In this document: one piece after another, positions 48,643 to 58,938 of the stretch
How positions within the stretch are numbered: the stretch's first letter is position 1
Layout of the letters: each line of letters opens with the position of its first letter
Assembly (NCBI GenBank): GCA_018399255.1
Contig: JAGYPA010000017.1
Location: 6,130-70,129, forward strand
DNA length: 64,000 nt
Reading direction: 5' to 3'
Source of the DNA: Spirochaetales bacterium
GTDB lineage: Bacteria > Spirochaetota > Spirochaetia > JABMQR01
The notes under the pieces: model-generated
Seen by the model: only the letters and a program-made list of their open reading frames with translations
What the model was told of the DNA's origin: nothing
The model's database searches: none
Position numbers and translations under genes: made by a program

Positions 48643-51048
48643 TTGCAGTACGGATATTTTGATGATCAAAAAAAAGAATATACTATTACGAACCCTGAAA
48701 CTCCCGCAAGCTGGAGCAATTATCTGGGCGATACCGAGTACGGAGCCATTATAACAAACAATGCGGGAGGGTACAGTTTTTTCAAGTCGGCTTTTAACGG
48801 TCGTTTTATGCGCTTCCGCACAAACAGCGTTCCTCTGGACCAGCCGGGTCGGTACTTGTATATCAGGGATGATGAGAGCGGGGATTACTGGTCTGCTTCC
48901 TGGCAGCCGGTGGGTAAGCCGCTCGAGGACTACAAAAGCGAATGTCGCCACGGTACGGCATATACTGAGATCACCTCACAGTATTCGAGCATAGAGAGCA
49001 AAACTTTCTACTATGTGCCGTTGGGGCAGAGGTTCGAATGCTGGGCATTGAAACTCACAAATACAGGCGATCGGCCCAGGAATATTTCTCTTTTTACCTA
49101 TTGCGAGTTTTCAAGCCACTGGAATCTGCTTAAGGATCAGGTCGATATTCAGTACACGCAATATATCGTCAAAGGCGATATGTATGACGGTGTAATGCAG
49201 ATTTCCTGCAATCATCATGTGGATGAGAATCTGGATGACTTTCAGGCCGACGGACAGGGGCGCAATGTCTGGATGACCCTCAGGGGCACTCCGATCGATA
49301 GTTTCGATACCCAGCGGGAAAGCTTTCTCGGCGGTCCCTATAGGAATTACAGCAATCCCATAGCTGTGGAATCGGGAAAGTGTTCCGGCTCAGAAGCCCA
49401 CGGCGACAGTGCCTGCGGAAGTTTGCACAGCAGCGTGACGCTGGCACCGGGAGAGACGAAGGAAATCGTAGTCCTGCTGGGTGTCGGAAAAGTAGACGAA
49501 GAGAAAATATCTCTGGCCGATGCTTACGGCACATGGAGCTCCGTTGAGGAGGAACTGAATAAGCTTAAAGATCACTGGCATTCCCGGCTTGGCCAGTTCG
49601 AGTGCCGCACCCCGGATAGCGATTTCAACAGTATGATCAATGTCTGGAATGCCTATAACTGCCTGATTACTTACTCATGGTCCCGTGCGGCCAGCCTGGT
49701 TTACAATGGCGAGCGGGACGGGCTCGGGTTCCGGGACACTGTTCAGGACCTCCTGGGAGTAATGCCGCTGATCCCGGAAGAAGCCCGGGAGAGACTCGTT
49801 TTAATGCTTACCGGACAGTTCTCCAATGGTGGAGCCATCCACGTGGTCAAACCCTACAGCCACAAACCCGGGCATGAGACTATCAATCCCGATGATGATT
49901 ACAGGTCCGATGACTGCCTGTGGTTTTTCGACACTATAGCCGAGTATGCGGCAGAGACAGGGAATCTGGATTTTTACAGGCAAGTGGTTCCCTATGCGGA
50001 CAAAGGGGAAGCTTCGGTTCTGGGGCACCTTAAGAATGCCCTTATGTTCAATCTTCAGAGGATGGGAGCCCACGGTCTGCCTTGCGGGCTTACGGCTGAC
50101 TGGAACGACACCATGCGGCTGGGACAAAAAGGGGAGAGTCTCTTTATCACCTTTCAGCTGCGGTACGGCTTAAGGAAGTATGCCGGGATTTGCCGGCTCC
50201 TTCAGTTTGAGGAGGAAGCGGCCTGGGCAGAGGACCAATGCTCCAGGCTGGATGACACTATTGAGCAGCATGCCTGGGACGGTGAGTGGTTTATCCGGGG
50301 CTTCCATGAGGACGGCAGCCCTGTCGGATCGAAAAACAGCGATGAAAACCATGCCTCCCTGTTTCTGAACTCCCAGAGCTGGGCTGTTATCAGCGGTGCC
50401 GCAACTGAACAACAGAGAGAAAAAGCCCTTGATACCGTCTGGAAAAGGCTCTCCACGGAGTACGGAATCATGGTGTGCGATCCTCCTTTCAAGAAAGGGG
50501 ATATCAATGTCTTTGCCGCAGTCCTCTTCAATGAGGGACAGAAAGAGAATGCAGGAATCTTTTGTCATCCCCAGGGGTGGGCTGTTATGGCCGAATGCCT
50601 GAACGGTAACGGCGACAGGGCATATGAGTATTACAGAAACTTTATGCCTTCGGCCTATAACGACAGGGCTGAAATCCGTGTGAGCGAACCGTATGTTCAC
50701 GCGCAAAGTACCCATTCCCGATACAGCCGTAAATATGGGACAACCCGTCTGCCCTGGCTTTCGGGAACTGCTGCCTGGGCGTATCATTCTGCAACCCATT
50801 ATATCCTCGGGATATTTCCCGAATACAATGGATTGAGAATCGATCCCTGTATTCCTTCCCGGTGGGATAAATTTACGGTTACCAAGGTTTTCAGAAATAA
50901 AAAAATTCATATAACAGTTGCCAACCCTCAGAAATTGCAAACCGGGATAGGTCAGTTAATCTGCGGCGGTAAGAAAATAACGGGCAACTTTATTCCAGTG
51001 GAAATGCTCGAGGATGGAATGGAAGTCCTGGCTGAAATTGGAGTCTGA
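48643..51048 (+). CDS. GH94 disaccharide phosphorylase (cellobiose- or N,N'-diacetylchitobiose-phosphorylase family); TTG start
   Basis: N-terminus QYGYFDDQKKEYTITNPETPASWSNYLG..AGGYSF is the hallmark GH94 N-terminus (canonical form FGYFDD..EYVIT.P.TP.PWINYLG). 801 aa. RBS aaggaga. Confidence 0.8.
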   Translation: MQYGYFDDQKKEYTITNPETPASWSNYLGDTEYGAIITNNAGGYSFFKSAFNGRFMRFRTNSVPLDQPGRYLYIRDDESGDYWSASWQPVGKPLEDYKSECRHGTAYTEITSQYSSIESKTFYYVPLGQRFECWALKLTNTGDRPRNISLFTYCEFSSHWNLLKDQVDIQYTQYIVKGDMYDGVMQISCNHHVDENLDDFQADGQGRNVWMTLRGTPIDSFDTQRESFLGGPYRNYSNPIAVESGKCSGSEAHGDSACGSLHSSVTLAPGETKEIVVLLGVGKVDEEKISLADAYGTWSSVEEELNKLKDHWHSRLGQFECRTPDSDFNSMINVWNAYNCLITYSWSRAASLVYNGERDGLGFRDTVQDLLGVMPLIPEEARERLVLMLTGQFSNGGAIHVVKPYSHKPGHETINPDDDYRSDDCLWFFDTIAEYAAETGNLDFYRQVVPYADKGEASVLGHLKNALMFNLQRMGAHGLPCGLTADWNDTMRLGQKGESLFITFQLRYGLRKYAGICRLLQFEEEAAWAEDQCSRLDDTIEQHAWDGEWFIRGFHEDGSPVGSKNSDENHASLFLNSQSWAVISGAATEQQREKALDTVWKRLSTEYGIMVCDPPFKKGDINVFAAVLFNEGQKENAGIFCHPQGWAVMAECLNGNGDRAYEYYRNFMPSAYNDRAEIRVSEPYVHAQSTHSRYSRKYGTTRLPWLSGTAAWAYHSATHYILGIFPEYNGLRIDPCIPSRWDKFTVTKVFRNKKIHITVANPQKLQTGIGQLICGGKKITGNFIPVEMLEDGMEVLAEIGV

Positions 51049-51988
51049 ATTGAAGGCACTTGAGAGAAGCAGCGATGGATTCTTTGTCAAGGGGGAGGAT
51101 GGAGTCCTCGCCATTTCAGCAACCTATGACGGAAAAGTGGAATTTATCTATTTCAAAGAAAGGCAGCTGGCTCTGGTGAATTCCTCTTCAGGCTATCCTG
51201 CTTATTACCGGGTTCCTGCTGCAAGAATGGAATATCCTGTTAAAGCAGTGCTTATGGATCTTGACGGCACCAGTGTCAGGAGCGAAGAATTCTGGATCTG
51301 GATCATCGAGAAAACCATTGCCTCAATGCTCGGCAATCACTTTTTCCGGTTAGAGCAGGAGGATCTTCCGTATGTTTCGGGGCACAGCGTCTCTGAGCAT
51401 CTGGATTACTGTCTTAAAAAATACTGCCCCGCAGGAACCCTTGAAGAAGCCCGGATCTGCTATTTTGACCATTCACACCGGGAGATGGATCTGATCCTTC
51501 AGGGAAAGGGGCGTTCCGATGCCTTTACCCCTGCAAATGGGCTGAAGGAGTTTCTCTGCAGTCTCAAAAAGATGGGGATAAAGATCGGCCTGGTGACATC
51601 GGGACTTTACGAGAAGGCCTGGCCGGAGATTCTTTCGGCCTTTAAAACTATGAACCTGGGGCGCCCGGAAGATTTTTACGACGCCATTATAACAGCCGGC
51701 TATCCGCTGAGGAAAGGGCAGCCTGGAACATTGGGAGAATTGTCACCCAAACCCCATCCCTGGCTCTACGGGGAAATGGCTGCCATAGGTCTGGGGATCC
51801 CCTGCGATCAGAGACACCACGTTTTGGGAATTGAGGACAGCGGGGCGGGAATCTGCTCTATTAAACTGGCAGGCTTTACAGCCGTGGGAATGAGCGGCGG
51901 CAACATCGAAGAAAGCGGCTCATTGGAACTCTGCGATCATTACTGCGGGGATTTCAGTGAGATTTTAACGATTGTGGAAGGATCATGA
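51014..51988 (+). CDS. HAD-superfamily hydrolase with N-terminal extension
   Basis: Motif I VLMDLDGTSV, and the later HAD motifs are plausible. The start is uncertain; the ORF overlaps the GH94 3' end. Confidence 0.5.
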   Translation: MEWKSWLKLESELKALERSSDGFFVKGEDGVLAISATYDGKVEFIYFKERQLALVNSSSGYPAYYRVPAARMEYPVKAVLMDLDGTSVRSEEFWIWIIEKTIASMLGNHFFRLEQEDLPYVSGHSVSEHLDYCLKKYCPAGTLEEARICYFDHSHREMDLILQGKGRSDAFTPANGLKEFLCSLKKMGIKIGLVTSGLYEKAWPEILSAFKTMNLGRPEDFYDAIITAGYPLRKGQPGTLGELSPKPHPWLYGEMAAIGLGIPCDQRHHVLGIEDSGAGICSIKLAGFTAVGMSGGNIEESGSLELCDHYCGDFSEILTIVEGS

Positions 51989-51992
51989 TTAA

Positions 51993-54875
51993 ATGAAAAA
52001 CCAATATGAAATGCATATTATAATAAATACCCATTGGGATCGGGAGTATCGATGGTCCTTTGCGGAAACCCGGTTCCGGTTGGTCGAAGCCGTTGACGAT
52101 CTCATCGATATAATGAACACAGACAAGCGGTTTGTCCATTTTCATACCGATTCGCAGGTTTCCATGCTCGATGATTATCTGGAAGTGAAGCCCGAAAGAG
52201 CGGAGGAGCTGAAAAAACTTGTCGCCGGCAAGAGGATCCTGACCGGTCCCTGGTACACCCTTCCGGCAGAATTTCTCGTGAGTGGTGAAGCCCTTGTCCG
52301 GAATCTGCTCACAGGGCACCGCATCTCCGAAGAACTCGGCGGCGTCATGAAAGCTGCCTACAATATTTTCAGCTGGGGACAGGTCTCCCAGCTGCCTCAG
52401 ATATACAAGCAGTTTGGCATGGACACGATCCTTTTCTACAGGGGGATCGACCAGTCTGCACTGGACAGTCTGGAATTCAAATGGCAGTCTCCCGACGGAT
52501 CGGAGGCACTGGGCCTGACTTTCGGATCCTACCACAGACTGAACTTCTGGCGATATGTTTACCTCCCCTATATTCAGGGAGAGCTGGGAGTCAGCGGTGA
52601 CAACCACAGCCTGAGCCGGGAAAATCTCGGAGAGAAGGGATTCCTGTTCAGTCTCTGCGACAGCTGCAGCAACGATCTTAATCATCTGGTAATCGATCAG
52701 CCCTGCGCCGAAGATCTCACGGCAGCACTGAAGGGGATGGATACACTGGTAAAGACTGCGGCAGATAAATCCTCTGTGAAGGATCTTCTCTTTCTTCAGG
52801 GCTTTGACCAGGAAAACCCCGATCCGATAATTTCCGATCTGATAGATCGAATAAATGAAAGAATCGATTATGGAAAGGTCAAAGTCGGGAACCTGCCTGA
52901 CTACATACAAAAAGTTAGATCAGCACTGATTACGGAGGGACTCCTGGACAGACTTCCATTGAAAAAAGGAGAGATGCTGGATGTGGAAAAAGTGGGTGAT
53001 GCCTTCGGACCTCTGTACAACGGAGTTTTCTCGGCGAGAATGCCCCTCAAGCTGCTCAACTCTTCCTGCCAGCGTCTTATCGAATGCTGGGCAGAACCTT
53101 CGGCGGTCTGGTCCATGCTGAACCGGGGAACCTATCCCCGAATTCCTTTGGATATTGCCTGGAAAGAGTTGCTGAAAAACCAGCAGCACGACGGGATAGG
53201 CGGCTGCCATGTGGATCGGGTCACAAGAACCATGAACGAGCGCTATGAGAATGTCCGCGATATCGGTGAAACAATAACCAGAAACTCTTTAAAAGCTCTC
53301 ACCTGTAAAATTGATTTTTCCCACTTGGAGAACAGGGAAATTGGACTAGCGGTATTCAACTCCACCCAGTTCCAGCGTTCGGAAGTAGTTGAACTGACTG
53401 TCGATATTCCGAAAAACTGGAATTTCAGATATATCAACAGCCATTCGAGAAGGGATTTCGGTTTGACGGCGTATGATACGTCGGGTAATGAGGTGGAGTG
53501 CCAGATTTTACACTTTGAAGACGATACCCTGTTCGGATATCTCAAATTCGGTAATGTCATCGAGTTTGATGCGACGAGGTGCCGCATAGCCCTGAGCGTA
53601 AAAGATCTTCCGCCCATGGGGTATTCCACGTATAAAATTGTTCCCGAAAAAGCAATTAAAAGGCCAGTCGAATCGATCTGCAGCGGAGTCAATACCCTGG
53701 AAAATCAATACTTGAAAGTAGTAATTAACAGCAGCGGGACGCTGGATGTTTTCAACAAAGAGACCGGTATGCTTGTCCCGGGACTGCACTACTTTGAGGA
53801 TACCGGAGATAAGGGCGGACCGCTTAAATTCGATCCTCCCTATGAGGAAGGGACTCTCAATACGCTCTCTGAGAGTCCTGCCATTTCTCTCATCCATAAA
53901 GGACCCCTTTATGGCCGTTTCAGAATCGAATACCGATGGATGCTTCCCGAGAGGATGGAAGCAGAACTAAAGATTCATGTACCCCACGGCAGCGAGTGGG
54001 TGGATCAGGGGAGATTGAAGCGATCGGAATCTCTGAAGGCTGTCAAAATTGTCACGGATATCATTCTGACCAAGGACTCCAGAAAAGTGGATTTCATTAC
54101 ATCTATTGATAACAGCGTGAAGGATCACCGGTTGAGAGTGATTATCCCTACGGGTCTGGCCGATTCCCGTTTTTCCATAGCAGACTCCCCGTTCGACGTT
54201 GTTCAACGATCAGTAATCGTTCCTGATTCAACGGGATGGTATGAAAACGCTGCGGTGACCTGGCCTACAGAATCTTTCGCGGCCGTTAATGATGGAACAT
54301 CGGGGGCTGCTGTCTATCATAAGGGGCTTTCCGAATACGAGGTGAGTGACAATGCATCCAGATCTATCTGCCTTACTTTGATCAGGGCATTCAGCACCGC
54401 GGGCAATCCAACGGAAACCTGGCAGTATCAGGATTTGGCCCAATGTCCGGGAAAGCACACTTTTCATTACTCCCTGGAAATCGGTGCCGGCTGCGGTATG
54501 AGCCTTTCTTCCCTCAAGAAAAAATCCCTCTGCTCAAATATCCCCCTGAGAATCGCCCAGACGACAAAACACAAAGGACAATGGGGGCCGGCAAAATCCT
54601 TTATCAATCTCACTTCTGAGGATTTTATTGTAACAGCCCTTAAAAAAGCTGAGTATGAAGAGGCTTTTCTGATCCGCGGGTTCAACGTTTCCGACAGGAA
54701 GCTGGATGTCACCATAAAAGTTGACGGAAGTATCAAACGGGCAGCCAGGGTCTCCCTGGAGGAGAAAATCATGACCGGGATTGATGTTATCGATCACGAT
54801 ACCATCCGGGTATCAGTCGGGCCTTCTGAAATAGCCAGTTTTATGCTGTACCCGGAAGAAGGAGTCCTGTCCTGA
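51993..54875 (+). CDS. GH38 alpha-mannosidase
   Basis: N-terminal IIINTHWDREYRWSF (GH38 HxHxDxxW metal-site motif). 960 aa. Confidence 0.85.
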   Translation: MKNQYEMHIIINTHWDREYRWSFAETRFRLVEAVDDLIDIMNTDKRFVHFHTDSQVSMLDDYLEVKPERAEELKKLVAGKRILTGPWYTLPAEFLVSGEALVRNLLTGHRISEELGGVMKAAYNIFSWGQVSQLPQIYKQFGMDTILFYRGIDQSALDSLEFKWQSPDGSEALGLTFGSYHRLNFWRYVYLPYIQGELGVSGDNHSLSRENLGEKGFLFSLCDSCSNDLNHLVIDQPCAEDLTAALKGMDTLVKTAADKSSVKDLLFLQGFDQENPDPIISDLIDRINERIDYGKVKVGNLPDYIQKVRSALITEGLLDRLPLKKGEMLDVEKVGDAFGPLYNGVFSARMPLKLLNSSCQRLIECWAEPSAVWSMLNRGTYPRIPLDIAWKELLKNQQHDGIGGCHVDRVTRTMNERYENVRDIGETITRNSLKALTCKIDFSHLENREIGLAVFNSTQFQRSEVVELTVDIPKNWNFRYINSHSRRDFGLTAYDTSGNEVECQILHFEDDTLFGYLKFGNVIEFDATRCRIALSVKDLPPMGYSTYKIVPEKAIKRPVESICSGVNTLENQYLKVVINSSGTLDVFNKETGMLVPGLHYFEDTGDKGGPLKFDPPYEEGTLNTLSESPAISLIHKGPLYGRFRIEYRWMLPERMEAELKIHVPHGSEWVDQGRLKRSESLKAVKIVTDIILTKDSRKVDFITSIDNSVKDHRLRVIIPTGLADSRFSIADSPFDVVQRSVIVPDSTGWYENAAVTWPTESFAAVNDGTSGAAVYHKGLSEYEVSDNASRSICLTLIRAFSTAGNPTETWQYQDLAQCPGKHTFHYSLEIGAGCGMSLSSLKKKSLCSNIPLRIAQTTKHKGQWGPAKSFINLTSEDFIVTALKKAEYEEAFLIRGFNVSDRKLDVTIKVDGSIKRAARVSLEEKIMTGIDVIDHDTIRVSVGPSEIASFMLYPEEGVLS

Positions 54876-56242
54876 TGGTGTATTATATAGATAGTCTGAA
54901 GGGCGATGATAGTAACAGCGGAACACGCGAGTCCGATCCCTGGAGGTCGTTGGAAAAAGTAACGGGGGCGGGAGCCGGATTTCAGCCGGGGGACAAAATT
55001 CTTTTCAAACGGGGTTGTGAGTGGAGAGGATCTCTGGTCCCGGGGAGCGGTTCTTCAGACAGATATATATTGTATGGGGCCTATGGAGAGGGGGCTGATC
55101 CAGTTTTGAATGGATCGGTCGAATTAAGCGCAAAAGGACAGTGGGATTTGTATGGAGGTTCACTCTGGATGAGTCGTGACTCCTTTCAGGTCGATGTCGG
55201 CAACCTGATTTTTGATGATTTTTCCTCCATAGCCTCCATAGCCTCCATAGCCTCCATAGGAGGAGTGAAAAAGTGGAAGATGCAGAATCTCTCAACAGAG
55301 GGAGACTTCTTCTATAATGAACGGGACGGGAAAATCTACCTGCTGTCCCGTGGGAATCCCGCTTCCTTTTACAGGAAAATTGAAGCAGCCCTGAACAGAA
55401 ATGTTATCTCATTTTCTCATGCCCATCATGTCATCTTTGAAAACCTCCATGTGAAAAGGGGCGGCGCTCATGGTTTCCAGGGGACTCACTCCCATCATAT
55501 CATCATCCGGAATTGCGAAATCTCCCAAATCGGCGGCGGTCTCTGTCCGGGAATGGTCGAAACCCGTTTTGGAAACGGAATCGAGTTCTGGGGTACTAAC
55601 AGGGACCAGCTGGTTGAGAGGTGCCGGATACATGATATTTACGATACGGCGGTTACTAATCAGAATCATAGCGGCGAAGCGCAGCAGGAGCGGATCACCT
55701 ACAGGGACAACTATCTATGGAATTGCGCCATGTATACCATTGAGATATGGAACAACGGGGGAAGTGGGGATGGGGGAGGGGAAGCATCAACACTTAAGGA
55801 TATCCGCTTCGAGTTCAACACCAGTCTCTATCCCGGCTGCGGCTGGGGAACCCAAAGGGTAGACAGGCACGGTTATCATCTCAATTTCGGGAAAAATACT
55901 GCCGAGACAGGTTCCGTCATACTCAAGAATAATATATTTTACGAAGGCAACGGGTTTCTCATCGCCGACTTGGCCGGAGAGGAGGAGGCACCCTGGTGGA
56001 ACCACATCGATATGGATGAAAACTGCTATTATTCATCAATTCATAAAGACAAATCCTTATGGCTGATCAACTGCAAGAATCAATTTGATTTTTCCTTCAA
56101 TCTCGATGATTTTGAACGATATAAAGCGAGAACGAAGTGGGACCTTCACTCTGTCGTACATAAACCCGATTTTGCAAGACTTGACAATCACAACTTTCAA
56201 TTGACAGCTCCTCCGGCGAATTTCCAATGTGGAGTTAGATAG
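54875..56242 (+). CDS. Right-handed parallel beta-helix protein (pectate-lyase fold) with in-frame (SIA)n repeat
   Basis: Repetitive beta-helix coil pattern (..IIIRNCEISQIGGG.., ..VILKNNIFYEGNG..). tccatagcc x3 at 55219-55260 encodes SIASIASIASIG. Confidence 0.5.
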   Translation: MVYYIDSLKGDDSNSGTRESDPWRSLEKVTGAGAGFQPGDKILFKRGCEWRGSLVPGSGSSDRYILYGAYGEGADPVLNGSVELSAKGQWDLYGGSLWMSRDSFQVDVGNLIFDDFSSIASIASIASIGGVKKWKMQNLSTEGDFFYNERDGKIYLLSRGNPASFYRKIEAALNRNVISFSHAHHVIFENLHVKRGGAHGFQGTHSHHIIIRNCEISQIGGGLCPGMVETRFGNGIEFWGTNRDQLVERCRIHDIYDTAVTNQNHSGEAQQERITYRDNYLWNCAMYTIEIWNNGGSGDGGGEASTLKDIRFEFNTSLYPGCGWGTQRVDRHGYHLNFGKNTAETGSVILKNNIFYEGNGFLIADLAGEEEAPWWNHIDMDENCYYSSIHKDKSLWLINCKNQFDFSFNLDDFERYKARTKWDLHSVVHKPDFARLDNHNFQLTAPPANFQCGVR

Positions 56243-56269
56243 AATGAACGATATTGAAGGAGCTCCTGC

Positions 56270-57817
56270 ATGAAACTCAGTTTCAGGGAATACAGAGAAA
56301 AAGTAGAAGGCTGCTGGCTCGGCAAAAACATAGGCGGGACCCTGGGCGCCCCGTTTGAGTGCAAAAGAGGGGTGTTCGATATTGATTTCTACACTCAGGA
56401 CTCCGGAGGAGAACCACTGCCGAACGACGACCTCGACCTTCAGCTCCTATGGCTCAATGCAGTGGAAAAGTACGGCAGGAGTGTAAATGCATCAATTTTA
56501 GGTGAGTACTGGCTGCAGTACGTCACTCCAAACTGGGCGGAATATGGAGCAGGAAAAAGCAATCTGAGGATGGGGCTGCTCCCGCCCCTTTCCGGCTATT
56601 CGGGCAACACCAACAGAAACAGCTGCGGGGCATTTATCCGCTCGGAAATCTGGGCGTGCCTTGCCCCTGGCCATCCGGAAATCGCCGTCCAATACGCATA
56701 TGAGGATGCTATTGTTGATCACAGTCACGAGGGCGTCTATGGTGAAATCTTTTTTGCTGCCCTGGAAAGTGCTGCCTTTGTCGAAAGTGATAGAGATAAA
56801 CTCTTGAGTATCGGTCTATCGTATATTCCCGAAGATTGTGCAGTAGCGGAAGTAATCCGGCTGGTCGTCCAATCCTGCCGGAAGCAGGTGGACTGGAAGA
56901 CATTGAGGAAAAAGATTCTTCAGGAGTTCCCTTCGGCCTTCGGAATGAGCCAGGGGTATGAAAACCGTAAGCCGGAGGATGATGTCCCCTTTGGGGAGAT
57001 CGGTTACGACGCTCCCGCCAATATCGGATTTACCATTCTCGGTTGGTTGTACGGAGAGGGGGATTGGGGAAAAAGCCTGAGCCTCTCGGTCAATTGCGGC
57101 GAAGATGCCGACTGTTCTGCGGCAACGCTCGGCTCCATGTTGGGAATCATACATGGTGTCAGAGCTGTTCCCCGGAAGTGGCTTGAACCCATTGGAAGAA
57201 AAATCAAAACAATATCCCTGAACCTGGGCGATTTTGGCGTCTCTATTCCCAAAACAGTCGATGAATTAACTGATCGCCTGACAAGACTGACCCCTGGTTT
57301 CCTCGGACTGGATATCTGCGATATCATGGCAGACAAAGCTTATTCAATAGATGTCCGAAGCGGTCACAATCTTCTGAACAAAAATGTTCCGGTCAACGGC
57401 TATTACTCAAGAAATTTCACCGACCTTCTTGAAGACCAGCCCTTCCAGCTGAAGTTTGAGAACCATCTGATGGAAGTGATTCTCCGGTATGGCGATGAAC
57501 CTTTCCTGAAAATAGGCGAACCCTTTACTTTTCGTTTATATATATTCAATAACATCATGATGCCCCAGTGGCTGCGGCTCAAATGGCACGCCCCTGAAGA
57601 GCTGCGCATCGCCCCTTCCAGAGATTTCAATCTCCATCTTGAACATAATCACGGCTGTATAGGAAAGACTTCCGCGGAATTTTCACTGACCGCTGATCAG
57701 ATTTCCCAGAGAAAATACGAGATTGTACTGGATATCGGGTCGGAAGGCAGGCATTCCAGACTCTTAATCCCCATAACCTTGCTGGCATCATATAAGTGGG
57801 AGAATCGGGATGCATAG
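56270..57817 (+). CDS. ADP-ribosylglycohydrolase-family protein
   Basis: ..CWLGKNIGGTLGAPFE.. is the N-terminal ARH motif; ..GEDADCSAATLGSMLG.. is the di-metal site motif. Confidence 0.7.
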   Translation: MKLSFREYREKVEGCWLGKNIGGTLGAPFECKRGVFDIDFYTQDSGGEPLPNDDLDLQLLWLNAVEKYGRSVNASILGEYWLQYVTPNWAEYGAGKSNLRMGLLPPLSGYSGNTNRNSCGAFIRSEIWACLAPGHPEIAVQYAYEDAIVDHSHEGVYGEIFFAALESAAFVESDRDKLLSIGLSYIPEDCAVAEVIRLVVQSCRKQVDWKTLRKKILQEFPSAFGMSQGYENRKPEDDVPFGEIGYDAPANIGFTILGWLYGEGDWGKSLSLSVNCGEDADCSAATLGSMLGIIHGVRAVPRKWLEPIGRKIKTISLNLGDFGVSIPKTVDELTDRLTRLTPGFLGLDICDIMADKAYSIDVRSGHNLLNKNVPVNGYYSRNFTDLLEDQPFQLKFENHLMEVILRYGDEPFLKIGEPFTFRLYIFNNIMMPQWLRLKWHAPEELRIAPSRDFNLHLEHNHGCIGKTSAEFSLTADQISQRKYEIVLDIGSEGRHSRLLIPITLLASYKWENRDA

Positions 57818-58868
57818 CATACGGAATAAAACCAGTTCTCAGTATATCAAAACCCTTACGGAAAAAAGGATACCCGATTTTTCTCAACTGGTAACAATTC
57901 TCAATGGGGGAAAGGCTGACAGACCCACGCTCTTTGAATTGTTTCTCAACGACAGACTGAATGGGGAGCTGGCCGGTGACCGCTCAGCCTATAAAAATGA
58001 ACTGCTATGGACAATGCAGGCCTTTCGAAATGCGGGGTATGACTATATGACGCTGTACCCCCCCTGTGTGTTCTCCTTTCCGAAGAAGAGACATCCCAAA
58101 TCAAAAAGTGTTTCCCAGAATGACGCTGCTCTCATATACGACAGAAAGTCCTTCGACTCCTATCGGTGGCCGGCTGCCGGGGAGAAGCTCTTTTCTTTCC
58201 TGGGGGATTGGGACGAGCTCCTGATTCCAGGTATGAAAATGATTCCCTGTACTCCCGGAGGCGTCCTGGAGAATGTCACAGATATTATCGGCTTTGAAAA
58301 TCTCTGTTATATGCTCTTTGACAATGAACCTCTCGTACAAGATACCTTTGCCAGGGTAGGAGAAACCCTGCTGGAATACTACAAAATCGTTAGCCGGTAT
58401 AGTGCTGTGGGAGCTCTCATCGTGAATGATGACTGGGGGTTCAGTTCACAGACCCTTTTGAGCCCCGACGATTTGAGAAAGTACGTCATCCCCTGGCATA
58501 AGGAATTTGTCGATGTTATTCATAAATCGGGAAAGCAGGCAGTTCTCCATTCCTGCGGACAGCTGGAACATGTAATGGACGATGTCATTGACCATATCGG
58601 CTTTGATGCTAAACACTCCTATGAAGATAAAATCCTGCCTGTCGAACAGGCCTATGAAAAATGGGGTGGAAGAATTGCCATACTCGGTGGGCTCGATGTG
58701 GATTTTATGTGCACCGCCGACCCGCGGGATATTTACCATAGGGCGAAAGCTATGCTCAATCGGACTTCGGAGAAAGGAGGCTACGCATTAGGAACGGGAA
58801 ATAGCGTTCCCCCCTATGTCCCCTTTGAAAACTACTATGCCATGATCCTGGCCGCCCTGGAGAATTAA
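57810..58868 (+). CDS. Uroporphyrinogen-decarboxylase (URO-D)-like family protein
   Basis: URO-D/MtaA-like TIM-barrel architecture recognised by overall pattern (..LHSCGQLEHVMDDV..). Function uncertain. Confidence 0.55.
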   Translation: MHSIRNKTSSQYIKTLTEKRIPDFSQLVTILNGGKADRPTLFELFLNDRLNGELAGDRSAYKNELLWTMQAFRNAGYDYMTLYPPCVFSFPKKRHPKSKSVSQNDAALIYDRKSFDSYRWPAAGEKLFSFLGDWDELLIPGMKMIPCTPGGVLENVTDIIGFENLCYMLFDNEPLVQDTFARVGETLLEYYKIVSRYSAVGALIVNDDWGFSSQTLLSPDDLRKYVIPWHKEFVDVIHKSGKQAVLHSCGQLEHVMDDVIDHIGFDAKHSYEDKILPVEQAYEKWGGRIAILGGLDVDFMCTADPRDIYHRAKAMLNRTSEKGGYALGTGNSVPPYVPFENYYAMILAALEN

Positions 58869-58938
58869 TACTGAACTTATAGCTTTCACACATCTTTACC
58901 GATTAAGCAAAGCACTTGAGATTTTCTCAGGAGGAAAA

